64,000 bases of DNA, taken from a plasmid. The stretch's first letter is position 1. The number at the start of each line of letters is the position of its first letter. The DNA is taken from sequence record NZ_LR134454.1; one strand, written 5' to 3'. Shown piece by piece: positions 28,240-37,781 of this stretch. Both the position numbers and the translations under genes were made by a program. The notes beneath the pieces are model-generated. The model ran no database searches. It was not told the DNA's origin and saw nothing but the letters and a program-made list of their open reading frames with translations.

Positions 28240-28974
28240 TCAGCCGCCCAGGCGGGTGCGCATGCGCCAGAACAGGAACTCGGCACCGGCGGGGCCGGCG
28301 GTCACGCGCCGTCCGTCCCCGACGGTGCGCAGTGAGTCGCCGTCGGCGAGGTCGACGGGCCCCGTCGAGGACTCGGCGAGCACGGCACCGTCGGCCAGGT
28401 AGAGGTGCCCGAAGGGCGCGTCCGGCAGGTCGACGGCGTCGCCGGGCGCGAGCCGCGCCGCGAACAGGGTGGCGCCGCGACTGCCGATCCGGATCGCGGC
28501 GTCCTGGGCCGGGTCGCCGGACGCGACGGGGACCAGCCCGCCCGCGGTGAGGTCGGCGTCGACCTCGTGCTGCTCGTACGACGGTGCGCCGCCCGGCTCG
28601 TCCGGGAGGACCCACATCTGGACGAACCGGACGTCGGCGCCCGCGGGGTCGGGGCGGTCGTTGCGCTCGGAGTGCAGCACGCCCGTGCCCGCGCTCATCC
28701 GCTGCGCGAGGCCCGGATGGACCAGCCCGGCGTGTCCCTCGCTGTCCTGATGGACGAGGGAACCGGACAGGACCCAGGTGACGATCTCGACCGCGCGGTG
28801 CGGATGCGTGTCGAAGCCCGTACCCGCCGCGACCTGCTCGGCGTTGCAGGCGAGCAGGACGCCGTGGTGCGTATTGTCCGGATCGTAGTGGTCGCCGAAG
28901 GAGAAGCAATGGCGCGACCGCACGCCCGGCATCGTCGACGCTGCGCGGTCGGATGAGCGAACCAACCGATCCAT
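28240..28974 (-). CDS. Pirin-family cupin protein
   Basis: HPHRAVEIVTWVLSGSLVHQDSEGH with His metal ligands. 244-aa bicupin. Confidence 0.8.
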   Translation of the reverse strand: MDRLVRSSDRAASTMPGVRSRHCFSFGDHYDPDNTHHGVLLACNAEQVAAGTGFDTHPHRAVEIVTWVLSGSLVHQDSEGHAGLVHPGLAQRMSAGTGVLHSERNDRPDPAGADVRFVQMWVLPDEPGGAPSYEQHEVDADLTAGGLVPVASGDPAQDAAIRIGSRGATLFAARLAPGDAVDLPDAPFGHLYLADGAVLAESSTGPVDLADGDSLRTVGDGRRVTAGPAGAEFLFWRMRTRLGG

Positions 28975-29053
28975 ATCCCCAGGATGCCATGTGAGGACCG
29001 GTAAACTCCGCGGCCAGGGATGCCGAACACACCATGAGCAGCGAGGAGACCAC

Positions 29054-30685
29054 GTGAGACGCAGCGGCCGGACACGGTACGGCGTCGCGGCGGTGGCCTC
29101 CGCGCTCCTGCTGGCGCTGGGCTCCGGGTTGGCCGCGTGCGGCGACAGCGCCGTCGAAGAAGTGCAGAAGATGCTCGACGGCTACGGCTCCGCGCTCGGC
29201 GAGGGGAAGGCCGTCGCGGCGGCCGCCTTCACCTCCTCGCCCGACGCGGCCGGCGGCGTCATCGGCCGCACGCTGCGTGACATGAACGCGAAGTCCGTGG
29301 AGGTCAAGGCCTCCAACGTGCAGCGCTACTCGGGCGGCAACGCGACGTTCGACGTGAAGACGCACTGGAACTTCGGCGACGGCCGCGACTGGGACTACAC
29401 CACCAAGGGCAGCGCCTCGCAGCTGTCGATCGGCTGGCGCATCTCGTGGGATCCCGCGGTGCTCGCGCCCGGCCTCACCCCCGATACGTCGATCCGGCAG
29501 ATCCGCACCGACGCGAAGCCGCCGAAGGTCTTCGCCGCCGACAAGTCGGAGCTGATGTTCGCCGGGACCGTGCACCGGCTCACGGTCGACCCGAACAAGA
29601 CCAAGAACCTCACCGACAGCCTGACCCGGGTCGCGAAGATCGTCTCCCCGGTCGCGCCGCTCGTCACGCCCGATTCCCTCGCCGCGAAGGCGAAGGCGGA
29701 CCCCGGCAAGCCGGTCCCCGTCGTGGACCTGCGCGACGACGACTACGGCGTGCTGGGCGACGCCCTCACCGCCGTCCCCGGCCTGCAGGACACCCCCGCC
29801 GGCGACCTGCTCATCGCGAACCGGCAGCTCTTCTCCCCGCTCTTCGAGGGCATCAAGGGCGCCTGGCAGGCGAACCGCGACGAGACCGCCGGCTGGGAGG
29901 TGCAGCTGCTCACGAACGGGAAGCCGCCCACCAAGATCGTCGGCTTCCAGGGCCCGCCCGGGCCCGACCTGCGGACGTCGATGGACCCCAAGGTGCAGCT
30001 CGACGTCGAGAACGCCGTGGTCCAGCTCGGGCAGCCCGCCGCGATGGTGGTGCTCTCCGTCTCGACCGGCGCCGTGCTCGCGGCGGCGCAGAACACGCAG
30101 GCCAGCGGCATCGCGACCGACTGGGCGCTGAACGGCCTCTCCACCACCGGGCCGGTGCTGGAGCCCCTGTACAGCGAGGTCAACGCGGCCGCGGGGAACG
30201 ACGCCGGGAAGCAGTCGAAGCTGCTCGCCCCGCTGGGGATGGGCACCGACTTCGCGATGACCGGCGTGAAGACCACGACCGCGCAACTGCCCGGTACCGG
30301 CGGGCGCGGCGCCTCCGAGCTCGGCGCCGACTCCGTCAAGGCCAGCCCCTTCGGCATGGCCGTCTTCGCCTCCGCGATCGCCAAGGGCAAGACCACCGCG
30401 CCCTACGTCGTGCAGGGGCAGACGGCGAAGCCCAGCGCGCCTCTCGGCGACGTCGACGACAAGATCCTCAAGGCCGTGCGCGCGAAGATGGACTCGACGG
30501 TCTCCCCGTCGGGCGACGGCAGCGACCTCGTCTCGACCAAGGCCAAGGGGCTCGTGGGCACGAACGGCCCGGAGGGGCCGGGCTGGTTCATCGGTTACCG
30601 GGGCGACCAGGCCTTCGCGATCATGGTCTCGGGCGAGCGCTCCGGCGCCGGGTCGCTGCAGGTCGCGGGCGCGTACCTGAAGTAG
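29054..30685 (+). CDS. Lipoprotein with an NTF2-like N-domain and a penicillin-binding-protein transpeptidase-like domain whose active-site motifs are degenerate
   Basis: Lipobox LAAC after a signal peptide. The C-terminal half resembles a PBP TP fold, but the SxxK position reads STTG and the KTG region reads KGKT. GTG start chosen for the best signal peptide. Confidence 0.45.
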   Translation: MRRSGRTRYGVAAVASALLLALGSGLAACGDSAVEEVQKMLDGYGSALGEGKAVAAAAFTSSPDAAGGVIGRTLRDMNAKSVEVKASNVQRYSGGNATFDVKTHWNFGDGRDWDYTTKGSASQLSIGWRISWDPAVLAPGLTPDTSIRQIRTDAKPPKVFAADKSELMFAGTVHRLTVDPNKTKNLTDSLTRVAKIVSPVAPLVTPDSLAAKAKADPGKPVPVVDLRDDDYGVLGDALTAVPGLQDTPAGDLLIANRQLFSPLFEGIKGAWQANRDETAGWEVQLLTNGKPPTKIVGFQGPPGPDLRTSMDPKVQLDVENAVVQLGQPAAMVVLSVSTGAVLAAAQNTQASGIATDWALNGLSTTGPVLEPLYSEVNAAAGNDAGKQSKLLAPLGMGTDFAMTGVKTTTAQLPGTGGRGASELGADSVKASPFGMAVFASAIAKGKTTAPYVVQGQTAKPSAPLGDVDDKILKAVRAKMDSTVSPSGDGSDLVSTKAKGLVGTNGPEGPGWFIGYRGDQAFAIMVSGERSGAGSLQVAGAYLK

Positions 30686-30706
30686 ACCGGCGCTGCCCCG
30701 CCGGGC

Positions 30707-31135
30707 TCAGGAGCCGGTCGCGGCGCTCTCCGTCGCTTTCGCCCGACGCGACAGGACCGCGGCCGCGACGGCGCGCCATCCCAGCAGGAACAGGCCCAGG
30801 GCGATCGTCGCGACGATGACGAAGCTGACCTCGACGCCCTTCGACGTGAGCAGCCCGCGGGCCGTCATGCCGAAGGCCACCGTCGACACCCAGATGATGA
30901 CGCCGGCGGGGAAGACGCGCCCCGGCGCGAAGGTCGCGGCGCGACCCGGCTCGTGGCCGCGCAGCGCGGCCAGAACGTACGTGAACGCCCAGCCGACGGC
31001 CAGCGCGAGCAGGAACGGCCAGGCGGTCTCGGCGAAGCCGGCCGGCGAGAAGGCCTCGTCGTGGTTGAACCGGCCGATCACCACGAACAGCAGGACGAAG
31101 ACCACGTCGAGGGCGGCGATGACCGGTATACGCAT
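30707..31135 (-). CDS. DUF3054-like small membrane protein
   Basis: 142 aa, four hydrophobic helices. MRIPVIAALDVVFVLLFVVIGR start. Confidence 0.55.
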   Translation of the reverse strand: MRIPVIAALDVVFVLLFVVIGRFNHDEAFSPAGFAETAWPFLLALAVGWAFTYVLAALRGHEPGRAATFAPGRVFPAGVIIWVSTVAFGMTARGLLTSKGVEVSFVIVATIALGLFLLGWRAVAAAVLSRRAKATESAATGS

Positions 31136-31344
31136 ACGGCAACGGTAAATGATCTGCGGCTCCTGCCGGGAATCGGATCGCAGGGCGGTGACGGCACGCG
31201 GCCGGGGCGCGGTCCTCCCAACCGCGACCCCGACCGGGCCTGACCCCCTCGCCCCCCTCCACTCCGGGGCGCCGTGAGCGTTGCGGGTCTCTCGCTCACA
31301 AGGGAGACGATGCCCGCACGCCCTTGAGAGCCGGTTGGGGCGCG

Positions 31345-32595
31345 CTAAATCCGCTGGTCGGGGCCCGTATCGCTGGTCGACGGTCCGCTCTCGCCCGGCG
31401 GACCGTCGGGCCGGGGCGGGGGCTCCGGCGCGGAGGGGTCGGCGTCGGTGGAGTCCGCGGCCGCCTTGGCGGCCTTCTCGGACGGTCGCTCGCCGTTCTT
31501 GTCGGGGGCGTCGGGGTCGATGTCCATGGTGCTGCGGTACGAGACGAAGAAGACGACCCAGCCGATGACGACCACGAGGACGTAACTGACCAGGCGGTAC
31601 AGGATGGTCGCGGTGAAGGCCTGGCTCGCGGGCATGCCGGCGAGCACGAGGGCGGGCACGAGCGCCGCCTCGACGAGGCCGAGGCCGCCCGGGATCGGGC
31701 TGATGGAGTTGACCACCTTGGACGCCGCGTAGGCGCCGGCGAGGGCGGCCAGCCCGGGGGCGTCGCCGACGGCGTAGCAGGCGAACGCGAGGCAGGCCAC
31801 GTCGGCGATCCAGTTGAACATCGACCAGCCGAAGGCCTCCGCGCCGTAGCGGCGGCTCATCTTCACGGCCTGGAGCTGCTCGATCACCTCGCGCAGCCGG
31901 GCCAAGCCGGTGTCCTCCGGCTTGTTGCGCAGGTCGTTGATCCAGCGGATGAGGCGCGCGCCCACGACGTAGAGGCCGTCGGGATGCGAGGCCACGTACT
32001 GCACGAGCACGATGAAGACCACGAGCATGCCGACGGAGAAGATGACCGAGTACGGGCTCGACTTGGCGCCGGCCATGAGGGCGCCCACCAGGCCGAGGAC
32101 GGCGAGCCCGGCCGACATGAGCAGGCCGCTCATCACGATCTGCCAGGCCGCGACGACGCGCGAGGCGCCCCACATGCGGGTGCGTCGGTAGACGAGGGTC
32201 GGCGCGAGCACCTGCCCGCCGGGCATCGTCTGCGAGACGGAGTTCGACGCCATCTGCAGGCCCAGGGCCTGCGGCTGCGTCACCTTCACGCCCGCCGAGC
32301 GCAGCAGCACCCGCGTGACCTGGGCGAACGAGTCCATCGAGAAGAAGACCGCGATCACGCAGGCCAGGACCCATTCCCAGCGGATGTGCTCCAGCTCGCG
32401 GATCGACTTCGAGACCGTCGGGCCGAACAGGTACACCTCGACGCCGAGCACGATCGCGACCACCAGCAGCAGGGCCCGTCGGACCCACCGGAGCCGCCGC
32501 CGGGTCACGGCGGGGTCCTTCGGGGGCGCGTCCTCGGGCGGCGTGCCGCCGGAGGGCTCGGCGCCGGGGGAGGGCGCGTCGTCGTCTGCCTGCAT
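31345..32595 (-). CDS. Lysylphosphatidylglycerol-synthase-TM-region-like (UPF0104 / flippase-like) membrane protein
   Basis: 416 aa with ~8 TM segments after a Pro/Asp-rich N-terminus. Pattern matches the LPG_synthase_TM family. Confidence 0.6.
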   Translation of the reverse strand: MQADDDAPSPGAEPSGGTPPEDAPPKDPAVTRRRLRWVRRALLLVVAIVLGVEVYLFGPTVSKSIRELEHIRWEWVLACVIAVFFSMDSFAQVTRVLLRSAGVKVTQPQALGLQMASNSVSQTMPGGQVLAPTLVYRRTRMWGASRVVAAWQIVMSGLLMSAGLAVLGLVGALMAGAKSSPYSVIFSVGMLVVFIVLVQYVASHPDGLYVVGARLIRWINDLRNKPEDTGLARLREVIEQLQAVKMSRRYGAEAFGWSMFNWIADVACLAFACYAVGDAPGLAALAGAYAASKVVNSISPIPGGLGLVEAALVPALVLAGMPASQAFTATILYRLVSYVLVVVIGWVVFFVSYRSTMDIDPDAPDKNGERPSEKAAKAAADSTDADPSAPEPPPRPDGPPGESGPSTSDTGPDQRI

Positions 32596-32629
32596 CGGCG
32601 CCAGCCTACTCAGCGGTTAACGTGGGCAC

Positions 32630-33832
32630 ATGCAAGGCCTCGCATCGCGGCTGCGGCGCGTCGAACCCACCGGCGACGATGCCGGGGTGGGCGCGTCCGA
32701 CGGCGACCCCCGCGCGCCGCTCTGGCGCGGCGCGCAGTGGTTCCGTGCGCTGTCCGTCGTGTACGCCGTCGGCCGGCAGATCGACGAGGCCGACCGGTAC
32801 CAGCGGATCGGCTGGAGCTGGGTGATGATCGGCGCCGTCGTGGCGGTCAGCGTGATCGCCGGCCTCGGCTACGTGCGGGGCTTCGGGCGCAACCGGTGGT
32901 TCGTGATCGGCGAGTTCGCGGCGGCCGCCGTGCTGGCGCTGGGCACCGTCTGGGTGGCTTCGCCCGAGTTCACCGCACACAACCAGGCCCTGCCCACCAC
33001 GCTGTGGCTCACCAACCCGGTGGTCTCCGCCGCGATCCTCGGCGGGCCGGTCGCCGGTATGGCCGGCGGCATCGCGATCGCGGTGATCAACGCGATCTAC
33101 CGCGGCACCTTCCCCGAGACCATCGTCCGCGACGCCAACTACCCCGTCTTCATGGCCGTCGGCCTCGGTCTCGGCGTGGCGGCCCGCGTCGCGATCCGCT
33201 CGCAGGAGCAGCTCCGCGAGGCCGAGCGCGTCGCCGCCGAGGCCCGCGCCCGCGAGCGGCTCGCCCGGGAGGTGCACGACGGGGTGTTGCAGGCCCTCGC
33301 CTTCCTCGCCCGACGGTGCGCCGAGCTCGGCGGGCCCGGCACGGAGCTGGGCGCCCTGGGGGAACTGGCGGCGCAGCAGGAGCGGGCGCTGCGGCACCTC
33401 ATCGCGGAGACTCCGGTGGGTCCTGCCCCGGATCCCGATGGGGACGGCGCCGTCGACCTGCGGGACCTGCTGCGGCCCCTCGCGTCGGCGACGGTCACCC
33501 TCGCCGAGCCCGGCGGCCCCGTGCTGCTCCCGGCGCGCCCGGCCGCCGAGGTGGCCGCCGCGGTGCGGAACGCGCTCGACAACACCGCGTTGCACGCCGG
33601 GCCGGGAGCCCGTTCGTACCTGCTGCTCGAGGACGTCGAGGACGCCGTGCTGGTCACGGTGCGCGACGACGGCACCGGAATCGCGCCGGGACGGCTCGAC
33701 GCCGCCCGCGCGGAGGGCAGACTAGGGGTGTCGGAGTCCATCGTCGGGCGGATGCGGGCGCTGGGCGGCCGGGCCGAACTGACGACGGACGTGGATGAAG
33801 GGGTGGAGTGGGAGCTGTGGGTACCTCGGTGA
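32630..33832 (+). CDS. Two-component sensor histidine kinase (HisKA_3 / NarL-partner type)
   Basis: N-terminal membrane domain. H-box LAREVHDGVLQALAFL (HisKA_3). C-terminal HATPase_c (DDGTGI). Confidence 0.8.
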   Translation: MQGLASRLRRVEPTGDDAGVGASDGDPRAPLWRGAQWFRALSVVYAVGRQIDEADRYQRIGWSWVMIGAVVAVSVIAGLGYVRGFGRNRWFVIGEFAAAAVLALGTVWVASPEFTAHNQALPTTLWLTNPVVSAAILGGPVAGMAGGIAIAVINAIYRGTFPETIVRDANYPVFMAVGLGLGVAARVAIRSQEQLREAERVAAEARARERLAREVHDGVLQALAFLARRCAELGGPGTELGALGELAAQQERALRHLIAETPVGPAPDPDGDGAVDLRDLLRPLASATVTLAEPGGPVLLPARPAAEVAAAVRNALDNTALHAGPGARSYLLLEDVEDAVLVTVRDDGTGIAPGRLDAARAEGRLGVSESIVGRMRALGGRAELTTDVDEGVEWELWVPR

Positions 33833-34488
33833 GCGGGCCGGACGCGGACCCGGCGGGCATCTCCGTGCTGGTGGTGGACGATCACCCGATGTGGCGCGAG
33901 GCGGTGGCCCGCGACCTGGAGGCGCGCGGCTTCGTCGTGGCCGGCACCGCCGATTCGGTGGCGGCCGCCGGGCGGATCGCGAAGGCCGTGCAGCCGTCCG
34001 TCGTGCTGATGGACATGTCGCTGCCCGACGGGAACGGTGCCGCCGGCACCGCGCTCGTGCTGGAGGCGGCGCCGACGGCACAGGTGCTGATCCTCTCCGC
34101 CTCCGACGAGCGCGACGACGTGGTCGAGGCCGTGAAGGCCGGCGCCTGTGGCTACCTGGTCAAGAGCGCGTCCGCGGAGGAGCTGGTCGCGGCCGTGCAC
34201 GCCACCGCCGAGGGACAGCCGGTGTTCACGCCCGGCCTCGCCGGGCTGGTGCTGGGCGAGTTCCGTCGGATGGCGTCGGCGCCGGAGCCCGCCGGTCCCG
34301 GGTTGACCGCCCGCGAGACCGAGGTGCTGCGGCTCGTCGCGAAGGGACTGTCCGCCAAGCAGATCGCCACCCGCCTGCACCTGAGCCACCGCACCGTCGA
34401 GAACCACGTACAGGCCACGCTGCGGAAGCTGCAGCTCGGGAACCGGGTGGAGCTGGCGCGCTACGCGTTGGAGAACGGGCTGGACTAG
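33808..34488 (+). CDS. NarL/LuxR-family response regulator
   Basis: Receiver VLVVDDHPMWREAV...VVLMDMSLPDG plus LuxR HTH LTARETEVLRLVAKGLSAKQIA...TVENHV. Overlaps the kinase stop. Confidence 0.85.
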   Translation: MGAVGTSVSGPDADPAGISVLVVDDHPMWREAVARDLEARGFVVAGTADSVAAAGRIAKAVQPSVVLMDMSLPDGNGAAGTALVLEAAPTAQVLILSASDERDDVVEAVKAGACGYLVKSASAEELVAAVHATAEGQPVFTPGLAGLVLGEFRRMASAPEPAGPGLTARETEVLRLVAKGLSAKQIATRLHLSHRTVENHVQATLRKLQLGNRVELARYALENGLD

Positions 34489-34599
34489 TGGCGCCCGGTT
34501 CCGGTCGCGGCGCAGCTGATCGGGAGTCCGCGCCGTCGCGCCGGCGGACGGGATCGCCCTCGCCCGCCGGCGGCCCGGCCCCGTGCTCGCCGCGGTGGA

Positions 34600-34881
34600 T
34601 CAGGAGATCGGGACCTCCTTGATCTTGGTGTCCTCCTTGCCCGCGGTCTTGCAGTAGGCGATAGCCTCCGCGCGCAGTGCGGTCGCCGCACCCGCTGCCG
34701 GCTCCTCGCCGTGCTTGTCCTTGTACATCTTCTGGACCTGCTCGGTCTGGTCGGCCTCGGACATCGCGACGAAGTCCTTGCAGGTGGTGTCGGCGCCGGC
34801 TTTCGCGCACCCGCCGAGCGCCAGCGACACTGCGAGCGCAGCGATCACGACCACGGACCGGATCGATTGCAGCATTCTCAT
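34600..34881 (-). CDS. Small secreted lipoprotein
   Basis: MRMLQSIRSVVVIAALAVSLALGGC lipobox; ~93 aa; two Cys residues. Confidence 0.5.
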   Translation of the reverse strand: MRMLQSIRSVVVIAALAVSLALGGCAKAGADTTCKDFVAMSEADQTEQVQKMYKDKHGEEPAAGAATALRAEAIAYCKTAGKEDTKIKEVPIS

Positions 34882-34894
34882 CGTCGATCGCCTC

Positions 34895-35199
34895 TCAGCC
34901 ACGTCGCCCGGTCACCAGGCCCACGACGAACAGCAGGACGCATGATCCCGCGAGCGCGGTAAGCAGTGTGAGGATCCACCCGGCACCGGCAGTGGAGACG
35001 CCGAGGATCCTGAGGATGATCCCGCCGACGACGCCGCCGACGATGCCCACCGCGATGTTGAGGAACAGGCCTTGCTGCGCATCGGTTCCCATGATCTTGC
35101 TTGCGAGCCACCCGCGATGCCGCCGATGATGATCCACGCGATCCAGCCGATGCCGTCGAATCCGAGGCTCGCCTCGACCACCGTTGTTGAGAGTTGCAT
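34895..35199 (-). pseudogene. GlsB/YeaQ/YmgE-family (transglycosylase-associated) membrane protein interrupted by a 1-nt frameshift
   Basis: N-terminal GIGWIAWIIIGGIAG (ORF 34912-35313 frame) and C-terminal WLASKIMGTDAQQGLFLNIAVGIVGG... (ORF 34895-35239 frame) are each canonical. They join only if one base is inserted in the ggg run at ~35108-35112. Confidence 0.45.
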
Positions 35200-35470
35200 C
35201 TGTCTTCTCCTTCTTGCTGGGACACCTCGGTGAGGCCACTCAGTCGGAGAACGCGCAAGGGGACCGGCGATCCGTGATGCTCTGCGGGGAAGCGACCGAC
35301 GGCGCGCGTTCATACCGACGGGCGTGAAGACGCCGGTCGGTTGAGCGGTCGCACCGTGGTCTCAATGCGGAATGCACTCGAAACGATCATCGCTTCGGTA
35401 CGGGCGGAACACTAGCACGCGCGCCTGCTGGGGAGAAGCGTTCCGATGCGCAGCGGACGGCCTCGCCGGA

Positions 35471-36172
35471 TCACGCGGGATCGCGGTTCGCGGAACCCTT
35501 CTCCACCACGCGCTCCGCGATCGTCGCCAGAGGAACGTTGCTGTCGCTGGATACCCGGGCCAGCAGTTCGAAGGCACGCACCGCATCGACGTCGAACCGC
35601 TCCATGAGCATTCCCTTGGCCTGACCGATGACGTCACGGCTGGCCAGGGCGGAGCGGAACTGCAACGCACGGTCGTTGGCGATGAGGGCGGTCGCGGCCT
35701 GCGTCGCCAGCATCCCACCGACGGTCTCCGACTCATCGCTGAACGCGTCGACCTTCTCCGAGAACAGGTTCAACGCACCGACCCGGGAATCGAAGGTGAA
35801 CAACCGGAAGGACAGCATGCTGACGATCCCCGCTTCCACTGCGGCGGGGGCGAACTCGGGCCAGCGCTCGTCGGCCCGAAGATCGGGTGCGCGGGTCGCG
35901 GGGTTGGTGGTCGCCGCGTCCCAGCAGGGCCCCTGCTGGAACCGGTGTTGCAGCGCGTCGAGCCTCTCCGTCAGTTCCGACGTGGGTGCGAGGGAGCCGT
36001 ACTTCTCCGGTCCTTCGATGATCAGGATCGAGGCGCCCGCCACATCGGGGATCAGCTGGACGCACGCCGATGTGACGCTCTCGAGTGTGCTGTCGAGAGA
36101 ACTGGTCTGCGCGATGTTGCGGGACATCTCCGCCATCGTCGACAGGAGGCTTTCGAACCCCTCGTCAGTCAC
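35471..36172 (-). CDS. GAF-ANTAR RNA-binding antitermination regulator (second copy)
   Basis: ANTAR signature RDVIGQAKGMLMERFDVDAVRAFELLARVSSDSNVPLATIAERV. N-terminal GAF-like domain. Start overlaps the aspA stop. Confidence 0.7.
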   Translation of the reverse strand: MTDEGFESLLSTMAEMSRNIAQTSSLDSTLESVTSACVQLIPDVAGASILIIEGPEKYGSLAPTSELTERLDALQHRFQQGPCWDAATTNPATRAPDLRADERWPEFAPAAVEAGIVSMLSFRLFTFDSRVGALNLFSEKVDAFSDESETVGGMLATQAATALIANDRALQFRSALASRDVIGQAKGMLMERFDVDAVRAFELLARVSSDSNVPLATIAERVVEKGSANRDPA

Positions 36173-37734
36173 TGTGCTCGTCCTCCGGTGCCGGCGGTGG
36201 TCGGTCTACCGCGAGAAAGTAGCACGGTCGCCCGGACTCTCCTCGCAGCCGACGAGGCCCGGGCAGGGCAGGGCTGTCTAGTCGCCGGGTCCCCCGCCGG
36301 AGCGTCGTCGGGACGGGGCTGCAGGGCGTGGGGCGGGTGGCCGGTGAGGTACTCGGGGCTGAGGAGCGACGCGAGGGTCGCCTCATCGAGGAGGGCCCGT
36401 TCGCGCACGATCTCGACGACCCCGCGCCCGGACTCGAGCGCCTCGGCGGCGACCGAGGTCGCGGCGGCGTAGCCGATGGTGGGGCTCAGTGCGGTGACGA
36501 CGCCGATGGACTCGCTCACCATCTGCTCCAACCGCTCCCGGTTCGCCGTGATCCCGGAGACGCAGCGCTCCCCGAGCACGCGGGCGCCGCGCGTGAGGTG
36601 CGCGATCGACTCGACCAGCGAGCGGGCGATGATCGGCTCGAAGGCGTTGAGCTGCAACTGCCCGCCCTCGGCGGCCATGGTGATGGTGACGTCGTGGCCG
36701 ATCACCTCGTAGGCGATCTGGTTCACCACCTCGGGGATGACGGGGTTGACCTTGCCCGGCATGATCGACGACCCGGCCTGCACCGCGGGCAGGTGGATCT
36801 CCGCGAGGCCGGCGCGCGGGCCGGACGACAGCAGCCGCAGGTCGTTGCAGGTCTTCGACAACTTCACCGCGATCCGCTTGAGCACGCCGGAGAGCTGGAC
36901 GAAGACGCCGACGTCGGCGGTCGCCTCGATGAGGTCGGTGGCGCCGACCAGTTCGTGAATGCCCGTGACCTCGCGCAGTTGCTCGATGACCTTGCGGCGG
37001 TAACCGGGGTGGGCGTTGAGGGCGGTGCCGATCGCGGTGCCGCCGATGTTGAGCTCGTGCAGCAGCCGAGTGGCCTCCTGCAGCCGCACGATGTCCTCGC
37101 CCAGCGTGGTGGCGAACGCGCCGAACTCCTGGCCGAGCGTCATCGGCACCGCGTCCTGGAGCTGGGTGCGGCCCATCTTGAGGATGCCCGCGAACTCGTC
37201 CGACTTCGCGGCGAAGGTGCCGCGCAGTTCCGTGAGCGCCTCGGCCAGCTCGGCGAGCTGGGTGATGAGGGCGATCTTGATCGCGGTCGGGTAGACGTCG
37301 TTGGTGCTCTGCCCCAGGTTCACGTGGTCGAGCGGGTGCAGCGCGGCGTAGTCGCCCTTCGGCCGGTCCAGGTGCTCCAGCGCGGCGTTCGCGATCACCT
37401 CGTTGGCGTTCATGTTCGTCGACGTGCCCGCGCCGCCCGCGATGGTGTCGACGACGAACCACTCGTGCAGCCCGCCGCCGCGGATCCGCTCGCACGCCGC
37501 GACGATCGCCGCGGACCGCTCCTCGTCGAGCAGGCCAAGCTGTCGATTGGCCGACGCCGCGGCCTGTTTCACTGCGGCCAGCGCGTGCACCAGGTGGGTG
37601 TGGATGGCGATGGGAACGCCGGTGATCGGGAAGTTCAGCAGCGCCCGGGCGGTGTGGGCGCCGTAGTAGGCGTCGGCGGGGACGTCGATGTCGCCGAGCA
37701 GGTCGTGCTCGCTGCGCGTCTGCGGAGAGGTCAT
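36169..37734 (-). CDS. aspA: Aspartate ammonia-lyase
   Basis: Fumarate-lyase signature GSSIMPGKVNPVIPEVVNQIAYEVIG; the PVIPEVVNQ context favours aspartase over fumarase C. Start MTSPQTRSEHDLLG. Carries a ~50-aa Pro/Ala/Arg-rich C-terminal extension beyond the usual ...LSPEYLTGHP ending. Confidence 0.85.
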   Translation of the reverse strand: MTSPQTRSEHDLLGDIDVPADAYYGAHTARALLNFPITGVPIAIHTHLVHALAAVKQAAASANRQLGLLDEERSAAIVAACERIRGGGLHEWFVVDTIAGGAGTSTNMNANEVIANAALEHLDRPKGDYAALHPLDHVNLGQSTNDVYPTAIKIALITQLAELAEALTELRGTFAAKSDEFAGILKMGRTQLQDAVPMTLGQEFGAFATTLGEDIVRLQEATRLLHELNIGGTAIGTALNAHPGYRRKVIEQLREVTGIHELVGATDLIEATADVGVFVQLSGVLKRIAVKLSKTCNDLRLLSSGPRAGLAEIHLPAVQAGSSIMPGKVNPVIPEVVNQIAYEVIGHDVTITMAAEGGQLQLNAFEPIIARSLVESIAHLTRGARVLGERCVSGITANRERLEQMVSESIGVVTALSPTIGYAAATSVAAEALESGRGVVEIVRERALLDEATLASLLSPEYLTGHPPHALQPRPDDAPAGDPATRQPCPARASSAARRVRATVLLSRGRPTTAGTGGRAQ

Positions 37735-37781
37735 CCGCTCATCCTTCCGCACCACCCTCCTCCGTCGGAGGATTTGCGGAA

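Noticed and set aside
28991-29053. Upstream GTG start for the PBP-like lipoprotein
   Set aside because: Starting at the GTG at 29054 gives a proper signal peptide and lipobox. The longer N-terminus is Arg/His-rich and unlikely.
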